A stretch of 64,000 nucleotides of DNA from an uncultured Verrucomicrobiae bacterium (GCA_963813025.1 CAWEXO010000003.1:4413-68412); one strand, 5' to 3'. Shown: positions 9,406-20,305, numbered from the stretch's first letter. The notes: generated by a model not told the origin, from the letters alone. Numbers and translations are program-made.

Positions 9406-10146
9406 TCAGGCGATGAGCGTAACACGACCGGTGTCGAGGCTGTAAATTCCCCCTGCAACCTTCAATTTCCCTCCTTGTACGAAGTTGCGCAGAATCGGAC
9501 CTGCTGTTTTCAGCTTTTCTACATTGAGCATGACGTTCTGTTTGATGGCGTTGTCAAGCAGATCGCCGGGCTGATCCTGCGCAGCCTTCACTGCCGGCCG
9601 AATGGCCTCAATGAGAGACGGGATGTGGCCTGGAAATTCTATGTGATCCTTCACCGCCTTGACGGCGGCATCTACAGCTCCACACTGGTTGTGGCCGAGA
9701 ACCAGGATTAGGGGTGTGCCAAGCACAGCGACAGCGTATTCCAAGCTGGCGATCGAATTGACGTCGGCGAAATTGCCGGCTACGCGACACACAAAGACGT
9801 CTCCGCGACCGATATCGAAAGCGTATTCTGGTCCTACACGCGAATCTGCACATCCCAAAACTCCGGCAAACGGATTCTGTCCGAGAGTTAGTGCGGGACG
9901 TTCGCCAATGAAATCGTGACGTTTCATTTTCCCGTCCACGTAACGATCATTCCCTTCCATCAGGCGCTCAAGGGCTGCATCGGGCGAAATCACGTTTTGC
10001 GGTTTTGGAGGGGGATTGATCTCCGCCGCGGGAGATCGTCCGAAAAAGCCGAAGCTCAATGCGGCAGAACCTGCGCGCTTAAGAAAATTGCGGCGGGGCA
10101 GAGCTAGCGTGTGGGTCGCTGAGTGGTCACCACATTGTGTGCACAT
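9406..10146 (-). CDS. Beta-class carbonic anhydrase with Tat signal
   Basis: RRNFLK Tat motif; GQNPFA, GCADSRV, RVAGN, LGHNQCGAV zinc-ligand motifs. Confidence 0.92.
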   Translation of the reverse strand: MCTQCGDHSATHTLALPRRNFLKRAGSAALSFGFFGRSPAAEINPPPKPQNVISPDAALERLMEGNDRYVDGKMKRHDFIGERPALTLGQNPFAGVLGCADSRVGPEYAFDIGRGDVFVCRVAGNFADVNSIASLEYAVAVLGTPLILVLGHNQCGAVDAAVKAVKDHIEFPGHIPSLIEAIRPAVKAAQDQPGDLLDNAIKQNVMLNVEKLKTAGPILRNFVQGGKLKVAGGIYSLDTGRVTLIA

Positions 10147-10239
10147 AGATACGAAGATTAAATGCGCTGATGCTCTGGTCTATCAACACGAAAATCGAAA
10201 GCGGGAGTAATCCAATGACCTCTGCAAGAGCTCAAGTCG

Positions 10240-10598
10240 CAGATCGATTCGTCGTTGGTCCGATCAAAAAGCTTGGTAATCCTCGGTGACCCGTGCCCGG
10301 CCATTTGCTGGGCGTGTTCCAGCCGACCGCCATTTTCCAAGTAAACCGTAACGCCCGTGTCGCGCCAGGTATGACAGACGACAGGCGTCGAAAACCCTGC
10401 TTGTTTGGCTCTTTTTCGGATCGCGACCCAAGCGTTACTGCGGTCGAGCGAACGGCCCGTTAAAGCAGTCCCAATTTTTGTAATACTCTGAAACAATGGT
10501 TCGTTATCGTCGAAGCTCACAGCAGAGAGATATTCATCCAGCGCCTCTTCAATCTGGGTGATGTGCTGGTATTCGTGTTCTTTACCGCCTTCTCTCGC
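10240..10598 (-). pseudogene. Tyrosine recombinase C-terminal fragment
   Basis: GGKEHE (frameshifted), CHTWRDTGVTVYLENGGRLEHAQQMAGHGSPRITKLFDR; catalytic Tyr position reads Phe; 5' part missing. Confidence 0.8.
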
Positions 10599-10599
10599 T

Positions 10600-12405
10600 T
10601 CACCGGCGGAGAATCTGTAACTCCAGAGGACGCAGCTCTACCCGCAGGCTTCGTGCTGGCCCATCTGTTATCGCGCCGCTGACTTCGTTGATCCTGACGG
10701 CGCCCTTTGGCTTGTCGAATACAGGATTGGGTACGACAGCACTGTTTGTATTGCTAAACCGAATCTGGTACGAAGAGCCTGCGGGATTAAGTTGGCGGTC
10801 AACGATTACTTCGCCCGCAAATCCTTGTTCGGTATTTGTGTTTGCGACTATGACGACTTCCTGGTCATTTAGGATCCGCGAAAAAGCGATGACGCCGGAC
10901 GGAAATGACGAGAGGCCAAAGTTAAAGCCATCCCCCGAGATCGGCCGGAAGTAGAGCCGCCCATAACGGAGCGCCGGTTGTCCGTTGCGGACTCCAAGGA
11001 TCTTTTGAAGTGCCTGATACAGCGGGTGACTTATGTCAAAGCCGTTAAGCTTGCCCCATAATGCTTCCCGCACCATCGAATCATCCTGGTGCTGGGCATC
11101 CTTATGTCCCGAAAGTCCCTGTTCAGTGCCGTAATAAAAACAAGGGATCCCCTGCAACGAGGATAGCACGCCCATGCCCAAAGTGATTTGATCCTGCAAC
11201 TGCGTTGGACCGGTAAAACCAAAGCGCTGCGCCTGATCGTGGTTGTCCAGGAAAGTGACGAAATACTGGCCGGCTTCGCCGTGAGAAGTAAGAACGTCGG
11301 CTTCGATACGTTTGCGATTTTCGAAAACATTCGCCAGCTCGAGAGGGCTCGCGCCGAGTCCCTTCAACACGCCCGGCAGCGTGAAGAACAATGGATAGTC
11401 CAGCGCTGCGTCCACTCCGACGACATCACCGGTCGCTGCTGTGTTGCGACCGATGAAAAGTGCAATCTCGTTCTCGTTGTCAAACACCTCGCCAAAGGTA
11501 AAGAAATTTTTCTTTCCGACGCTGAGGGCAAATTCCCGCATGGCATTGCCGAAAATCCGCTCAAAATCAGGGGAGATAAATTTAAGTGTGTCGATCCGAA
11601 AGCCGTCCACGTCGAATTTGGCGATGATGTATTGGTAGGCACGTACAAGGGCAACGTGCGCCGGTTGGAAGCCGTTCTCTGCGACGTCAGAATCAATCCC
11701 TTTGAGCGAATTGAAATCTCCCTTTGGGTGGAAGCCGTCGCTCATTGCATTTCCTCGCTGTGTGAACAGCACATCCCGGCGAAGCTCGTCCGGAAAAACG
11801 GCAGCATCCAGAGGCGGATTCGTCGGAGCCTGCGTCCACTGTGGGTGACCCATTCCGTGCTCGTCCCGCCAGCGCACCGCGATTTTCGGCTGATCCTGCC
11901 AAGGCTCCTCGCCTCGCTCCTGGCCTCCGCTGACGTATTCAAAGACATCGCCCGCATGGTGGAGGACAATGTCAAAAATCACATAGATCCCCAAACGATG
12001 CGCTTCATCGACTAAATTGCGTAATTCGCTCTCTGCCAACCCGGGTCTTGAGGCAAAGCGCGGCTCCACAGCCAGAAAATTTTGGATGCCATATCCGTGA
12101 TAGGCGTGGCCATCGAACTGGCAGTTCTTCAGCACGGGCGACAGCCACAGCGCACCTATTCCTAAATCCTTTAAATAGCCAAGCTTCTCGCGTATCCCGT
12201 TGAACGTCCCACCTTGGAACTGGTTGAACTGTGCATCGAATGGCGCGTTCCTTGGCGCAGTGTCCGGATTGTTAAAGCGATCGACCATGAGAAAATAGAT
12301 ACACTCGTCTCGCCAATCCTCCGGGGATGGGAACAGATTGCCGCTTGGTGTCTGCCCTTGATCGAGTACCGTCTGAACTTCGTCATCGAAAATTGATGTT
12401 GCCAT
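10600..12405 (-). CDS. GH13 alpha-amylase family glycoside hydrolase
   Basis: IYFLMVDRF, YHGYG, DIVLHH, DGFRIDT, FGEVF, FLDNHD, YYGTEQG. Confidence 0.92.
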   Translation of the reverse strand: MATSIFDDEVQTVLDQGQTPSGNLFPSPEDWRDECIYFLMVDRFNNPDTAPRNAPFDAQFNQFQGGTFNGIREKLGYLKDLGIGALWLSPVLKNCQFDGHAYHGYGIQNFLAVEPRFASRPGLAESELRNLVDEAHRLGIYVIFDIVLHHAGDVFEYVSGGQERGEEPWQDQPKIAVRWRDEHGMGHPQWTQAPTNPPLDAAVFPDELRRDVLFTQRGNAMSDGFHPKGDFNSLKGIDSDVAENGFQPAHVALVRAYQYIIAKFDVDGFRIDTLKFISPDFERIFGNAMREFALSVGKKNFFTFGEVFDNENEIALFIGRNTAATGDVVGVDAALDYPLFFTLPGVLKGLGASPLELANVFENRKRIEADVLTSHGEAGQYFVTFLDNHDQAQRFGFTGPTQLQDQITLGMGVLSSLQGIPCFYYGTEQGLSGHKDAQHQDDSMVREALWGKLNGFDISHPLYQALQKILGVRNGQPALRYGRLYFRPISGDGFNFGLSSFPSGVIAFSRILNDQEVVIVANTNTEQGFAGEVIVDRQLNPAGSSYQIRFSNTNSAVVPNPVFDKPKGAVRINEVSGAITDGPARSLRVELRPLELQILRR

Positions 12406-12661
12406 AACTGCTTTCTCCCTGTTCGTGAGGTTTTAACTGACTTCTCCATCAATTAGAGACGCCATCCTCGTCGAGGCTTATGTCTTCGGTGTGCCGCGTA
12501 TGCAGCCCTCCGCTGCTCCCTGGAACTTGCTCGAAACCCTGGAGTGACTACGTCGAGAAGAACGGCGTTCGGGAGAAGGGAATCGGGTAATAGGTGAGAT
12601 ATATTTACTCGCGCTTTATACCGCTATTACCCGAACGGGTTATCTCGATATAACAGAACAT

Positions 12662-12790
12662 CCATTGCTGGTCGTATACATCCATGGATGGCTCAATAAC
12701 GCCATATCGGGCGACGTCGGCAAATTTAAAGGGTTCCTAAACCGGCTGTCCCAATCCAGACAAGTGAAAATCCATCACTATAATGTGAGC
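12662..12790 (+). pseudogene. Short internal fragment of an alpha/beta-hydrolase-like gene
   Basis: LLVVYIHGWLNNA..DVGKFKGFLNRL with no flanking coding context. Confidence 0.4.
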
Positions 12791-13230
12791 AACGACTGTT
12801 TCCGGGTGATTCCGACGCCTTCGGCTACAACCTGGAGAACAATCCAGTAGGCGGAATTTTCTTCACGAGCGCTCCCGAGGATTGCGAGACTGCTGCGGCA
12901 GCAGGGGGAAACTATCGCGGCCAGCAGCGGCCGCTCCAAAAACTCAGCCGCAAGCTTGGCAAATTCAACTTGTACACCCAGGCACTATCAGATGAGCAAA
13001 TACAAGCATACAAGCCGATCTTATCGGCGAAGCCTCCCAGTAACGCCGGCGTAACCAGGATGGCCGAGGAGCCGGTCGCCTACCGGCCGGAGGCGTGCCG
13101 CACCAAATATGGCGGCCACCCCTTGGTAGGAAACATGAGCACGCGACAACAAACTGGCCGAATTACTCATTGGCAAGCTGGATCCGCGGGTGCTCCGCGA
13201 AGAAAAGTTGTTCCGTAGGCTGTAAACCGA

Positions 13231-13857
13231 TTAATCCTTTGGCGAAGGAATGTCCAACTTTTCTGCCATCCGCACCAACTCTGCCAACGATCCGGCCCGC
13301 ATTTTTTGCATGACTCCTCTGCGCTGGATTTTGATGGTGAATTCGGTGGTCCCCAGGTTAGCGGCAATTTGCTTATTGAGTAGACCGGTCACAACGAGAC
13401 CCAGCACTTCGCGTTCGCGCTGCGTCAATAATTCGTAGCGTGCACGCTGTTTGGCAATCTCAGCTTGGCGCTTTCGATTTGCGCAATCGCGCTGGAGCGC
13501 CTGGTGAATCGCGTCGAGCAAGTCCTGGTCGCGAAAGGGTTTGGTCAGAAACTCAACCGCACCGGCCTTCATCGCTTGCACCGACATCGGGATGTCGCCA
13601 TGGCCGGTGACGAACACGATCGGAATCTCAAGCCCGGCTGCAGTCAGTTCGTGCTGGAGATCGAGGCCGCTCAATCCCGGCAGACGCACGTCGAGCACCA
13701 GGCATGCCGGCGCGTCCGGCCGCTTGAACATTAAAAAGTCCTGCGCTGAGGCAAAGATCTCGGCCCGCATCCCGATTGACCGAAACAGGCGGCCTAGCGC
13801 TTCTCGCATTGAAGCGTCGTCATCGATAGCGAACACGATTCGCTCTTCCAGATTCAC
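13231..13857 (-). CDS. FixJ-family response regulator (REC + LuxR HTH)
   Basis: [42 protein letters not shown]. Confidence 0.93.
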   Translation of the reverse strand: MNLEERIVFAIDDDASMREALGRLFRSIGMRAEIFASAQDFLMFKRPDAPACLVLDVRLPGLSGLDLQHELTAAGLEIPIVFVTGHGDIPMSVQAMKAGAVEFLTKPFRDQDLLDAIHQALQRDCANRKRQAEIAKQRARYELLTQREREVLGLVVTGLLNKQIAANLGTTEFTIKIQRRGVMQKMRAGSLAELVRMAEKLDIPSPKD

Positions 13858-13860
13858 GGT

Positions 13861-15051
13861 TTAGCTCCCCCGATCAATTGGCAGCGTGAAGTAGAAGCTA
13901 CAACCCGGCCCATCGTTAGCAACAGCCCAGAGTCGTCCGCCATGGGCCTCGATGATCGAGCGATTGATGGTCAAACCCATGCCGATGCCCTCCACCTTCG
14001 TCGTATAGAACGGCTCGAAAATTCGGCTCGAATGTTCCGGATCCAGACCCACACCCGAATCCTGGACAAGGACGACTATACTGCCCGAAAACTGCTCCTC
14101 TGTTCGAATATGCAATACCCGCGCCCGATTGCTGACTGCGCGCATGGCTTCCAGGGCGTTCATGATGAGATTTAGCATCACCTGCTGCAGTAGGATCCGA
14201 TCAACAACTACCGGAGGAAGATTTCCCGGCATCTCTGTCCATGGGAAAGCCCCGTTTCGCCGAAGTTCACCGTCCAACAAGGCAATGACTTCCCTAATAA
14301 TGTCATTGATGTCCAAGCGCTCCCTCAATCGTTCCCCTCGCCTTAGAAGGCCGCGAATCCGCACAAGCACACTGCTTGCCCGAGTTCCATCTCGAATGAT
14401 GGCCTCAACGCCCTGCCGCGCCTCCTCCAGGTTGGGCGTTTTTGCGGCGAGCCAACGCAAACAAGCATCTCCACTCGTGACAATACTGCCGAGTGGCTGG
14501 TTGAGTTCATGAGCAATCGAAGCAGCAAGCTCGCCCATAGTCGTTATCCTTGCTATGCGCGCAATTTCGACCTGCGCCCGCCGCAAACCCTCCTCCGCCT
14601 CCTCCCGTTCCGCGATTTCGAATCGCAATTGTTCGTTGGCTCTTTTGAGCTCCGAAGTTCGTTCTCGAACTTTCGCATCCAGCTCATCGCGCGTTTGGCG
14701 GAGCGATTCCTTTGTCCGCGTTTGATCGTCGCTCAGCCAGCTGATGAACAACGCCGTGGTCAAAAAGACGATCACATCCGGTGCTTCCTCGAGGGTAATG
14801 CCCAAAGCATAAAGCGGCGGAATAAAGTAGTAATCCAGAGCGACAATGGACAGCAAAGACGCGCAGATTCCCGGCCCGAGCCCGCCATACCAACTACTGA
14901 GCATGACCGAGCAAAAGAAGAGCGTTGTAGTGTGCTTTACGACCGACCCTAACCTTAACGTGATGACCACTGCGATACCTACTGAGATAGCAACCACCAC
15001 GTAACTTGACAATATTCCTGTCAGCGTCCGGACTCGATCAGATTCTGACAT
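13861..15051 (-). CDS. Sensor histidine kinase with DUF4118-like TM input (FixL/NodV-type core)
   Basis: N-terminal TMs with WYGGLGPG, IAHELNQPL H-box, NLIMNA, DSGVG, FYTTK, GMGL. Confidence 0.92.
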   Translation of the reverse strand: MSESDRVRTLTGILSSYVVVAISVGIAVVITLRLGSVVKHTTTLFFCSVMLSSWYGGLGPGICASLLSIVALDYYFIPPLYALGITLEEAPDVIVFLTTALFISWLSDDQTRTKESLRQTRDELDAKVRERTSELKRANEQLRFEIAEREEAEEGLRRAQVEIARIARITTMGELAASIAHELNQPLGSIVTSGDACLRWLAAKTPNLEEARQGVEAIIRDGTRASSVLVRIRGLLRRGERLRERLDINDIIREVIALLDGELRRNGAFPWTEMPGNLPPVVVDRILLQQVMLNLIMNALEAMRAVSNRARVLHIRTEEQFSGSIVVLVQDSGVGLDPEHSSRIFEPFYTTKVEGIGMGLTINRSIIEAHGGRLWAVANDGPGCSFYFTLPIDRGS

Positions 15052-15295
15052 AGCAACGCTCTAATCTCGATTTCGCGTTTTCAACAGCGATGTTTTTGGT
15101 CGAAGGAGGATACCGCTTTCCTAGATGATGCATGGGCAAACCAACACGTGCACTTCAGAAGTTCCGGCCGGAGAGTAAAGGTGTCTTCAATGGGCCAACC
15201 CCAACACTTATCGCATCTGAATTCTGCCATGTGAATTCACACGCTACGAATACCACCTTCCAGACGAGACGGAAGCAAGCCTTCGCGCGCAACCG

Positions 15296-16369
15296 TCAAG
15301 GGTAAACAATCACGGTCCCCTTCATGCCCAAATTGTCATGAAGTGCACAAACATAAGGGAAAACGCCCGGATTCTGAAAGGTTACGCGAAACCGCGTGAA
15401 GCCTAGAGGTGACTGCTCCAAGCCAAGTCGCTCCTGCGAGGGCGCGACGATAAGTCCCGAGTTAACATTGTCTGTAGAGGAATTGATTGTAGCATGCAGC
15501 GCCCCATCAGCGTCCTCGTTTACGTTGCTGGAAGGAAGGACCGGGTTTAGCGGTTCCGTCCCGAAAGTGATGGTGTGAGGTGTCACAGGGTCATGATTGT
15601 TCCACTCCACAGTCTGCCCGGCATGAATTTCAATCTTGTCGTCTTTGAAGCGCACCACCGACAGTGTTTGAGATCCTCCCGCCGTCGCCGAGATTTCTCC
15701 GATACCAGCGATCACAAGGTGCGCGTCGATTGAGTGGTGTGCCGCATGATCTCTTTTTTGCGGATGACACGCGTCAACGCACTCGTCGCGATCTGAAAGT
15801 AAGTCCTGGCGCTGATCAGCAGCCTGGCGGTCGTAGAAATCCTGAGGATGTGGAAGTTGTTGGGCAGGTTCGAGGACATGAACGGCACCGGTCATCCTTT
15901 CATGGACCAAGCACACCAGCTTGAAATTTCCCGCGGTCGGAAATGTTACCATAAAAGTCTGTCCTTTCACGAGAGGAGGAGTGCTCACGGATATTGTACC
16001 ATCAAAGGTGGCAGAGCCGGACGAAAACCCATTAGGCGGTCCCACTGAGAAATCCGGTCGCTTGTCGGTGGCATTTAGGAAGGTCACGGTATGGACATCG
16101 TCCGCGTCGAATTGCCATTTAATGCTGTCGCCCGCGTGAATCCAGATTTCATTCGGGAGAAACGTCAGAGCCTGACGTCCTTTATCGTTAGACTGAGCTC
16201 CCACAGTAGCGTTCCACAACTGCCCACCCCGCACCACCGCGGGAACAATCAAGATGGTAAGCAACGAGGTCCAACGCACGAGGGCTGAAAACCGGGTCGA
16301 GCGGAAAATCTGAATCTTCGTTTTTCTTCCAAACATTTTGTGCAGCGTGGATTTATTCATAGGATTCAA
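15296..16369 (-). CDS. Exported tandem cupredoxin (two type-1 copper sites)
   Basis: Hydrophobic leader; HTVTF...CLVHERM and HTITF...CALHDNLGM. True start uncertain. Confidence 0.85.
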   Translation of the reverse strand: MNPMNKSTLHKMFGRKTKIQIFRSTRFSALVRWTSLLTILIVPAVVRGGQLWNATVGAQSNDKGRQALTFLPNEIWIHAGDSIKWQFDADDVHTVTFLNATDKRPDFSVGPPNGFSSGSATFDGTISVSTPPLVKGQTFMVTFPTAGNFKLVCLVHERMTGAVHVLEPAQQLPHPQDFYDRQAADQRQDLLSDRDECVDACHPQKRDHAAHHSIDAHLVIAGIGEISATAGGSQTLSVVRFKDDKIEIHAGQTVEWNNHDPVTPHTITFGTEPLNPVLPSSNVNEDADGALHATINSSTDNVNSGLIVAPSQERLGLEQSPLGFTRFRVTFQNPGVFPYVCALHDNLGMKGTVIVYP

Positions 16370-16544
16370 AGGTCCTGTGTGTGGTACTCGTTATGATTAA
16401 GGCGAGTAGCGAATCCTGGATATACGTCTTTCGGGTAGTATTGCCACTGTGGAAGGTTGCTATGGGACGATCGACACAGAGAGATTCGAGGATTGCCCAG
16501 GCCGCGGTGACTGCGGCCGGAGGGTCTTTTTCGACGTCCTCGAG

Positions 16545-16700
16545 CGCACGGGCGGACGGCCGACGGGACAACTTCCCGGTCTTTCTCAAGGCGGACGGGA
16601 ATAAAGGGGAGCCGGGGTCTTTCTCTAAGCCGGTCACTTTGAGATACTCGTCAAGAAGCTCTTCAAGCTTGTGGTGAACGGGGAGATCCTCGTTCTGCCT
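16545..16700 (-). pseudogene. Second tyrosine recombinase fragment
   Basis: DLPVHHKLEELLDEYLKVTGLEKDPGSPLFPSALRKTGKLSRRP, same family as the 10.2-10.6 kb remnant. Confidence 0.65.
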
Positions 16701-16818
16701 TACACGTTATTTGCATTTGCCTTAGTTTGCTTGCTGGATGTGCTTCACCGACTTCTTCAACAAGTTCTCCTCCGCAAAAGAAGGTTGTAGGCACAAATGT
16801 CGAAAGTGGCCCTACATC

Positions 16819-17088
16819 TCAGGCCACGTGGTTGTATCTATAGGTGTGCTTGGCCCCGGGAACAGCCGGAAGACAGGCGCCGACAGAGGGAAAGCAAGAC
16901 TCGCATCCCGATGGCGTGGTAGTACCCGTCCCGCTCGGCGCGGCGCAGTTGTAAATATTGACGTCGCCATGACAGTCGATACGAATGTCGATGTCGCAGC
17001 AGCCGCCGGAGTTCCCATCGCGCTTCCCTTTGGTGTTGTCCCCGGTCGGGTCGTTGGTGCCGGTGGATACAGTCTCTCTGTTGTTCAT
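16819..17088 (-). CDS. Small Cys-rich hypothetical protein, possibly a truncated N-terminus
   Basis: AGAAGG upstream of MNNRETV; CCDIDIRIDCHGDVNIYNC...CESC...GACLP. Confidence 0.4.
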   Translation of the reverse strand: MNNRETVSTGTNDPTGDNTKGKRDGNSGGCCDIDIRIDCHGDVNIYNCAAPSGTGTTTPSGCESCFPSVGACLPAVPGAKHTYRYNHVA

Positions 17089-17256
17089 GCTGGCCTTCTT
17101 TTGTTCGACCAATCTTGCTATGCGGGTGGTTGGTGTGTGTGTTTTAACCCTCGTGCTCTTGGTCTTTTAACTGGGAAGGAGGGAAAATTCTGCCAGACTT
17201 TTGGATACCGGAGAGCGGTCGACTGCAAGCCGGGGTTAGTCCGCCAAACAATCGTC

Positions 17257-18093
17257 CTACGCCTCCGCCCACCGGACTTCGTACATCCGTATGAGGTGAT
17301 CGAAACCCTTGGGTTCAATTTCTCCTAGGTCGGAGAACCACTGCGCCTTGCCAGGGCATTGATCCCGCACCGTCTCGGCGACGAGAATCCGACCGGGTTC
17401 AGCATGCGCACAGACGCGAGCCGCCAAATGGACTACATTCCCAAACAGGTCGCCATCTTCCTCAATGGGTTCACCGGCGCTAAGACCAATCCGTAGATGC
17501 ATCGCGGCGTCAGGGTTTGCTTGGTTATAAGCCGCAAAAGCCTTCTGGATGGCAATGGCACACTCGACCGAATCAAATGCGGACGCAAAGGAGGCCATGA
17601 TCCCATCGCCGGTGTGTTTGACCTCACGCCCCTGATGGTTCCTGAGCGCATTGCGTGTCAGCGCATTGTGGATGCGGAGCAGATGCAGCGCCCTGCTATC
17701 TCCTAATATCCTGGTCATCAGGGTGGAATCTTTCAAATCGGTGAACATGATGACACGGAATGCCGCGTCAATGGGTACCTCTCCCATCTTTCCAGGGGAC
17801 GTGTCAAAGGGCGTAGGGTCTCTGACCCTACCCAAGAAGGCCTCCACGACGCCGGGATTAACCTCAATGATTTCGTGGGGAACCAATCCGTGGGCTTCGT
17901 TATGCGCTTGTTGGAGGGTCTCTTTATCAGGAGACTCGACAAGGCAAAACGCTGAACAGCGTGCATCGTCGAACCAGTAGGTTAGAAACTTGACTTGATA
18001 CTTGTCTTGCACCGCCAGATCCAACTGGTGAGCGTGGGCTACCGCATGTCGAGTTGCTCCTTCGATGTAGTGACGATCCATATACAAAGGCAT
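17257..18093 (-). CDS. DUF4242 domain - class III adenylate/guanylate cyclase fusion
   Basis: AGGAGA RBS; MPLYMDRH..AHQLDL..TYWFD..FCL..HNEAHG; then MFTDLKDST, VKHTGDG, RIGLSAGE, DLFGNVVHLAAR. Confidence 0.9.
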   Translation of the reverse strand: MPLYMDRHYIEGATRHAVAHAHQLDLAVQDKYQVKFLTYWFDDARCSAFCLVESPDKETLQQAHNEAHGLVPHEIIEVNPGVVEAFLGRVRDPTPFDTSPGKMGEVPIDAAFRVIMFTDLKDSTLMTRILGDSRALHLLRIHNALTRNALRNHQGREVKHTGDGIMASFASAFDSVECAIAIQKAFAAYNQANPDAAMHLRIGLSAGEPIEEDGDLFGNVVHLAARVCAHAEPGRILVAETVRDQCPGKAQWFSDLGEIEPKGFDHLIRMYEVRWAEA

Positions 18094-18403
18094 GTTCTTT
18101 ATCTCCTTTTGGCAGGACGACCCGCGAATTTTGAGGGGGGTAACGAGAAATCAGTGAAGGATCGCACGATAAGGCGAGACAGTTACGCCTGTCGCCCCTG
18201 GAAAAGCATCTAAGTATTCCCTTTCGATTGCCTGCTAAAAGACTCTTAGTTCCCTTCGAGTCCCAACTGCTTATGCTCGCCTTTTCGGTCAAAATAGGTT
18301 TGTTCCGAACGAATTTTATCATCTTCAGCCGGGGTGAAGCTTGCCCTCGGGACCGTGACTTTTCGACCGCACAGTGACGACTTCCGGGAAAGGGTGAGGG
18401 TGC

Positions 18404-18699
18404 GACTAAGGTCGCTGCTCGGAGGTTCGTTATGCTACTATTAAGGGTATTTTCATTATCACCTCGGAAGATTTAGGATCGTTTGTCGCCTAACGACTTG
18501 GTGCGGGTTTTCTCACGTCGCCAGATAACATCCGTGTCGCTGGGGGCAGAAGGAACAACGCCTTTAATCAAAGGTCGCTGGAAGCGACAAATACGTTTAC
18601 ACGCCCATCCCCTATTGGAAATCAACGAGTATTCAATATCTCTTTGGTATAACTTCACTAGTCCTTTTGGACTAAGGTCGTTGCTCGGAGGTTCGTTAT
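18404..18699. repeat. Pair of 30-bp direct repeats 266 bp apart
   Basis: gactaaggtcgctgctcggaggttcgttat (18404-18433) vs gactaaggtcgttgctcggaggttcgttat (18670-18699), one mismatch. Confidence 0.85.
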
Positions 18700-18837
18700 T
18701 TAATCTACTTCACCGGTAACATCGGACGTGTCGATCCAAAAGGATTTTAGGTTACTCTGCGCCTCTTGCACGCCAGACGCCCACCTGTTCGCTTGGCTCT
18801 TTGAGCAGCTTCTTTAAGCGCGGCTGCTGTCTGCAGC

Positions 18838-18965
18838 AGGGCGGGCCTGGAAGGAACTCGGCGTCGCGAAGCAATATGCCGGGCTTGCCTCACCGGTCGA
18901 ACGCGAACTCATCGAAGCGCTCAGCCAACGCTATGCAAACTGGCAGCCTAAAGAACGCAGCCAGG
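18838..18965 (+). pseudogene. Fragment of a helical-repeat (TPR-type) protein gene
   Basis: RAWKELGVAKQYAGLASPVERELIEALSQRYA..PKERS without start or continuation. Confidence 0.4.
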
Positions 18966-19699
18966 CCTCCTCGGTAGATCATCGGTTTGATTGTTAACCT
19001 GCGTTTTGCTATAACCTGCTTCGGAGTGGCAAGCTAACTATGGGCTCCTCTCAGCGCAAAGACGTCTGGACTGCTGGTACTTTTTATGAACAGCGCGCCG
19101 CGCAACAAGCCAATGTAAGATAGCGGGCACTCGATCTGTATGCTAAGTACGTAAGCCTTTCCTGCAACATGAGTTTTTCCGCCTTTGCAAACGACTACAT
19201 AGTCTTGCCAGTCAGATTCGACCAAGCAAAGAACCTTGAGAAACTGAATGCGAAGTCTAAACTTTATCAGGAGAGTTTGAAGCGCTTGGTAGACAATAGC
19301 GACGGGTTCGTGGAACAAATTGTTGAGGTGTTTTCTACCATACCGGAACGATTGAGGTAATATCTTAAAGTTTGAGTAATTATTTTCTCATCGAATGTAC
19401 TAATCATTTAATCCCTTTCCATTGAGAATCTGCTGCATAGATTTTTCAACCCTTGACTCCCGAGTTTTGGATTGTTTGGGTGCAGAAAAATAAAGAGTGT
19501 ATGCTCTTTGCCGTCCCGGCGTCAATGCACCGAAAGCAGTTTTCAAAGCAGGGATTTCATCGAAGGATATGTTTGATCAAGCCCGACGAGCGGGGGGACG
19601 ATTAAATGGTCGACCATGAAGTCCTCAAACCGTGCAGTGAAGCGGGAGTTTCTCCGCCGAAAGCCGTGAAATGCCAAACCGAAGACGGGCACGTGCCTG

Positions 19700-20022
19700 C
19701 AGGTGCGAGAGAGCAGGCGTCCACTACATCGTCGGACTGGCCAAGAATGAGCGCTTGCCTGCGCTCTCGGCCAAGTTGCAGAAACGGGCCGTAGCGCAAG
19801 TACCAAAGAAGGGGCAAAAAGTGCGGCTCTTCACGGAATTTAAGTATAAGGCCTAGAGTTGGGACAGGAAGCGACGGGTCATTGCCAAAGCCAAACATTC
19901 TCTCAAGGTATTAATCCGCGGTATGTTTTGACCAATCTGGAAGGTCGCGCCCAAGGACTCTAGATGAGATTTATTGCGCGCGGCGTGAGATGGAAAATCG
20001 CATCAAGGAACAACAACTTGGT
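19700..20022 (+). mobile_element. Degenerate IS1380-family transposase fragment
   Basis: VHYIVGLAKNERL..FTEFKYKA*SWDRKRRVIAKA..NPRYVLTNL..YCARREMENRIKEQQL with stops and a frameshift. Confidence 0.8.
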
Positions 20023-20250
20023 CTCCTTAGTTGGTGATAGAGCTCAATGCCACTGTGGTTTCAGGTCCGGTCGACGACTCACAGCGACGGGTCCTCGCAC
20101 CAGTCGCCCGCAATAGCTTTCAGGTTCCGGAGTGAAGTCGATTATCAGGGACATTGAATGGATGTCCCGTAGGGTCACCATTCTTTAAAGGAGCTGGACG
20201 TTCTTCCGACGTCGCGGTCCGGTTTTCACGAGCATGCTTTTTCGGTCAGC

Positions 20251-20305
20251 TTGACAACCCGGATATTCGTAGCCTATTAAACCGAAAGCTATTCGAAAGC
20301 TTCGT
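20251..20305 (+). promoter_or_regulatory. Candidate promoter/operator of the sugar ABC operon
   Basis: TTGACA (20251), TATTAA 18 bp later, then tandem CGAAAGCT units (20283, 20294). Confidence 0.3.

Noticed and set aside
10240-16700. Two integrase fragments as boundaries of an integrative element
   Set aside because: They overlap the same part of the protein, are diverged, and no att repeats or tRNA were seen.
18404-18699. CRISPR array
   Set aside because: Only two repeats, a 236-bp spacer and no cas genes in the window.
19169-19360. 63-aa ORF as a gene
   Set aside because: No recognisable motif or clear RBS; cannot be supported.
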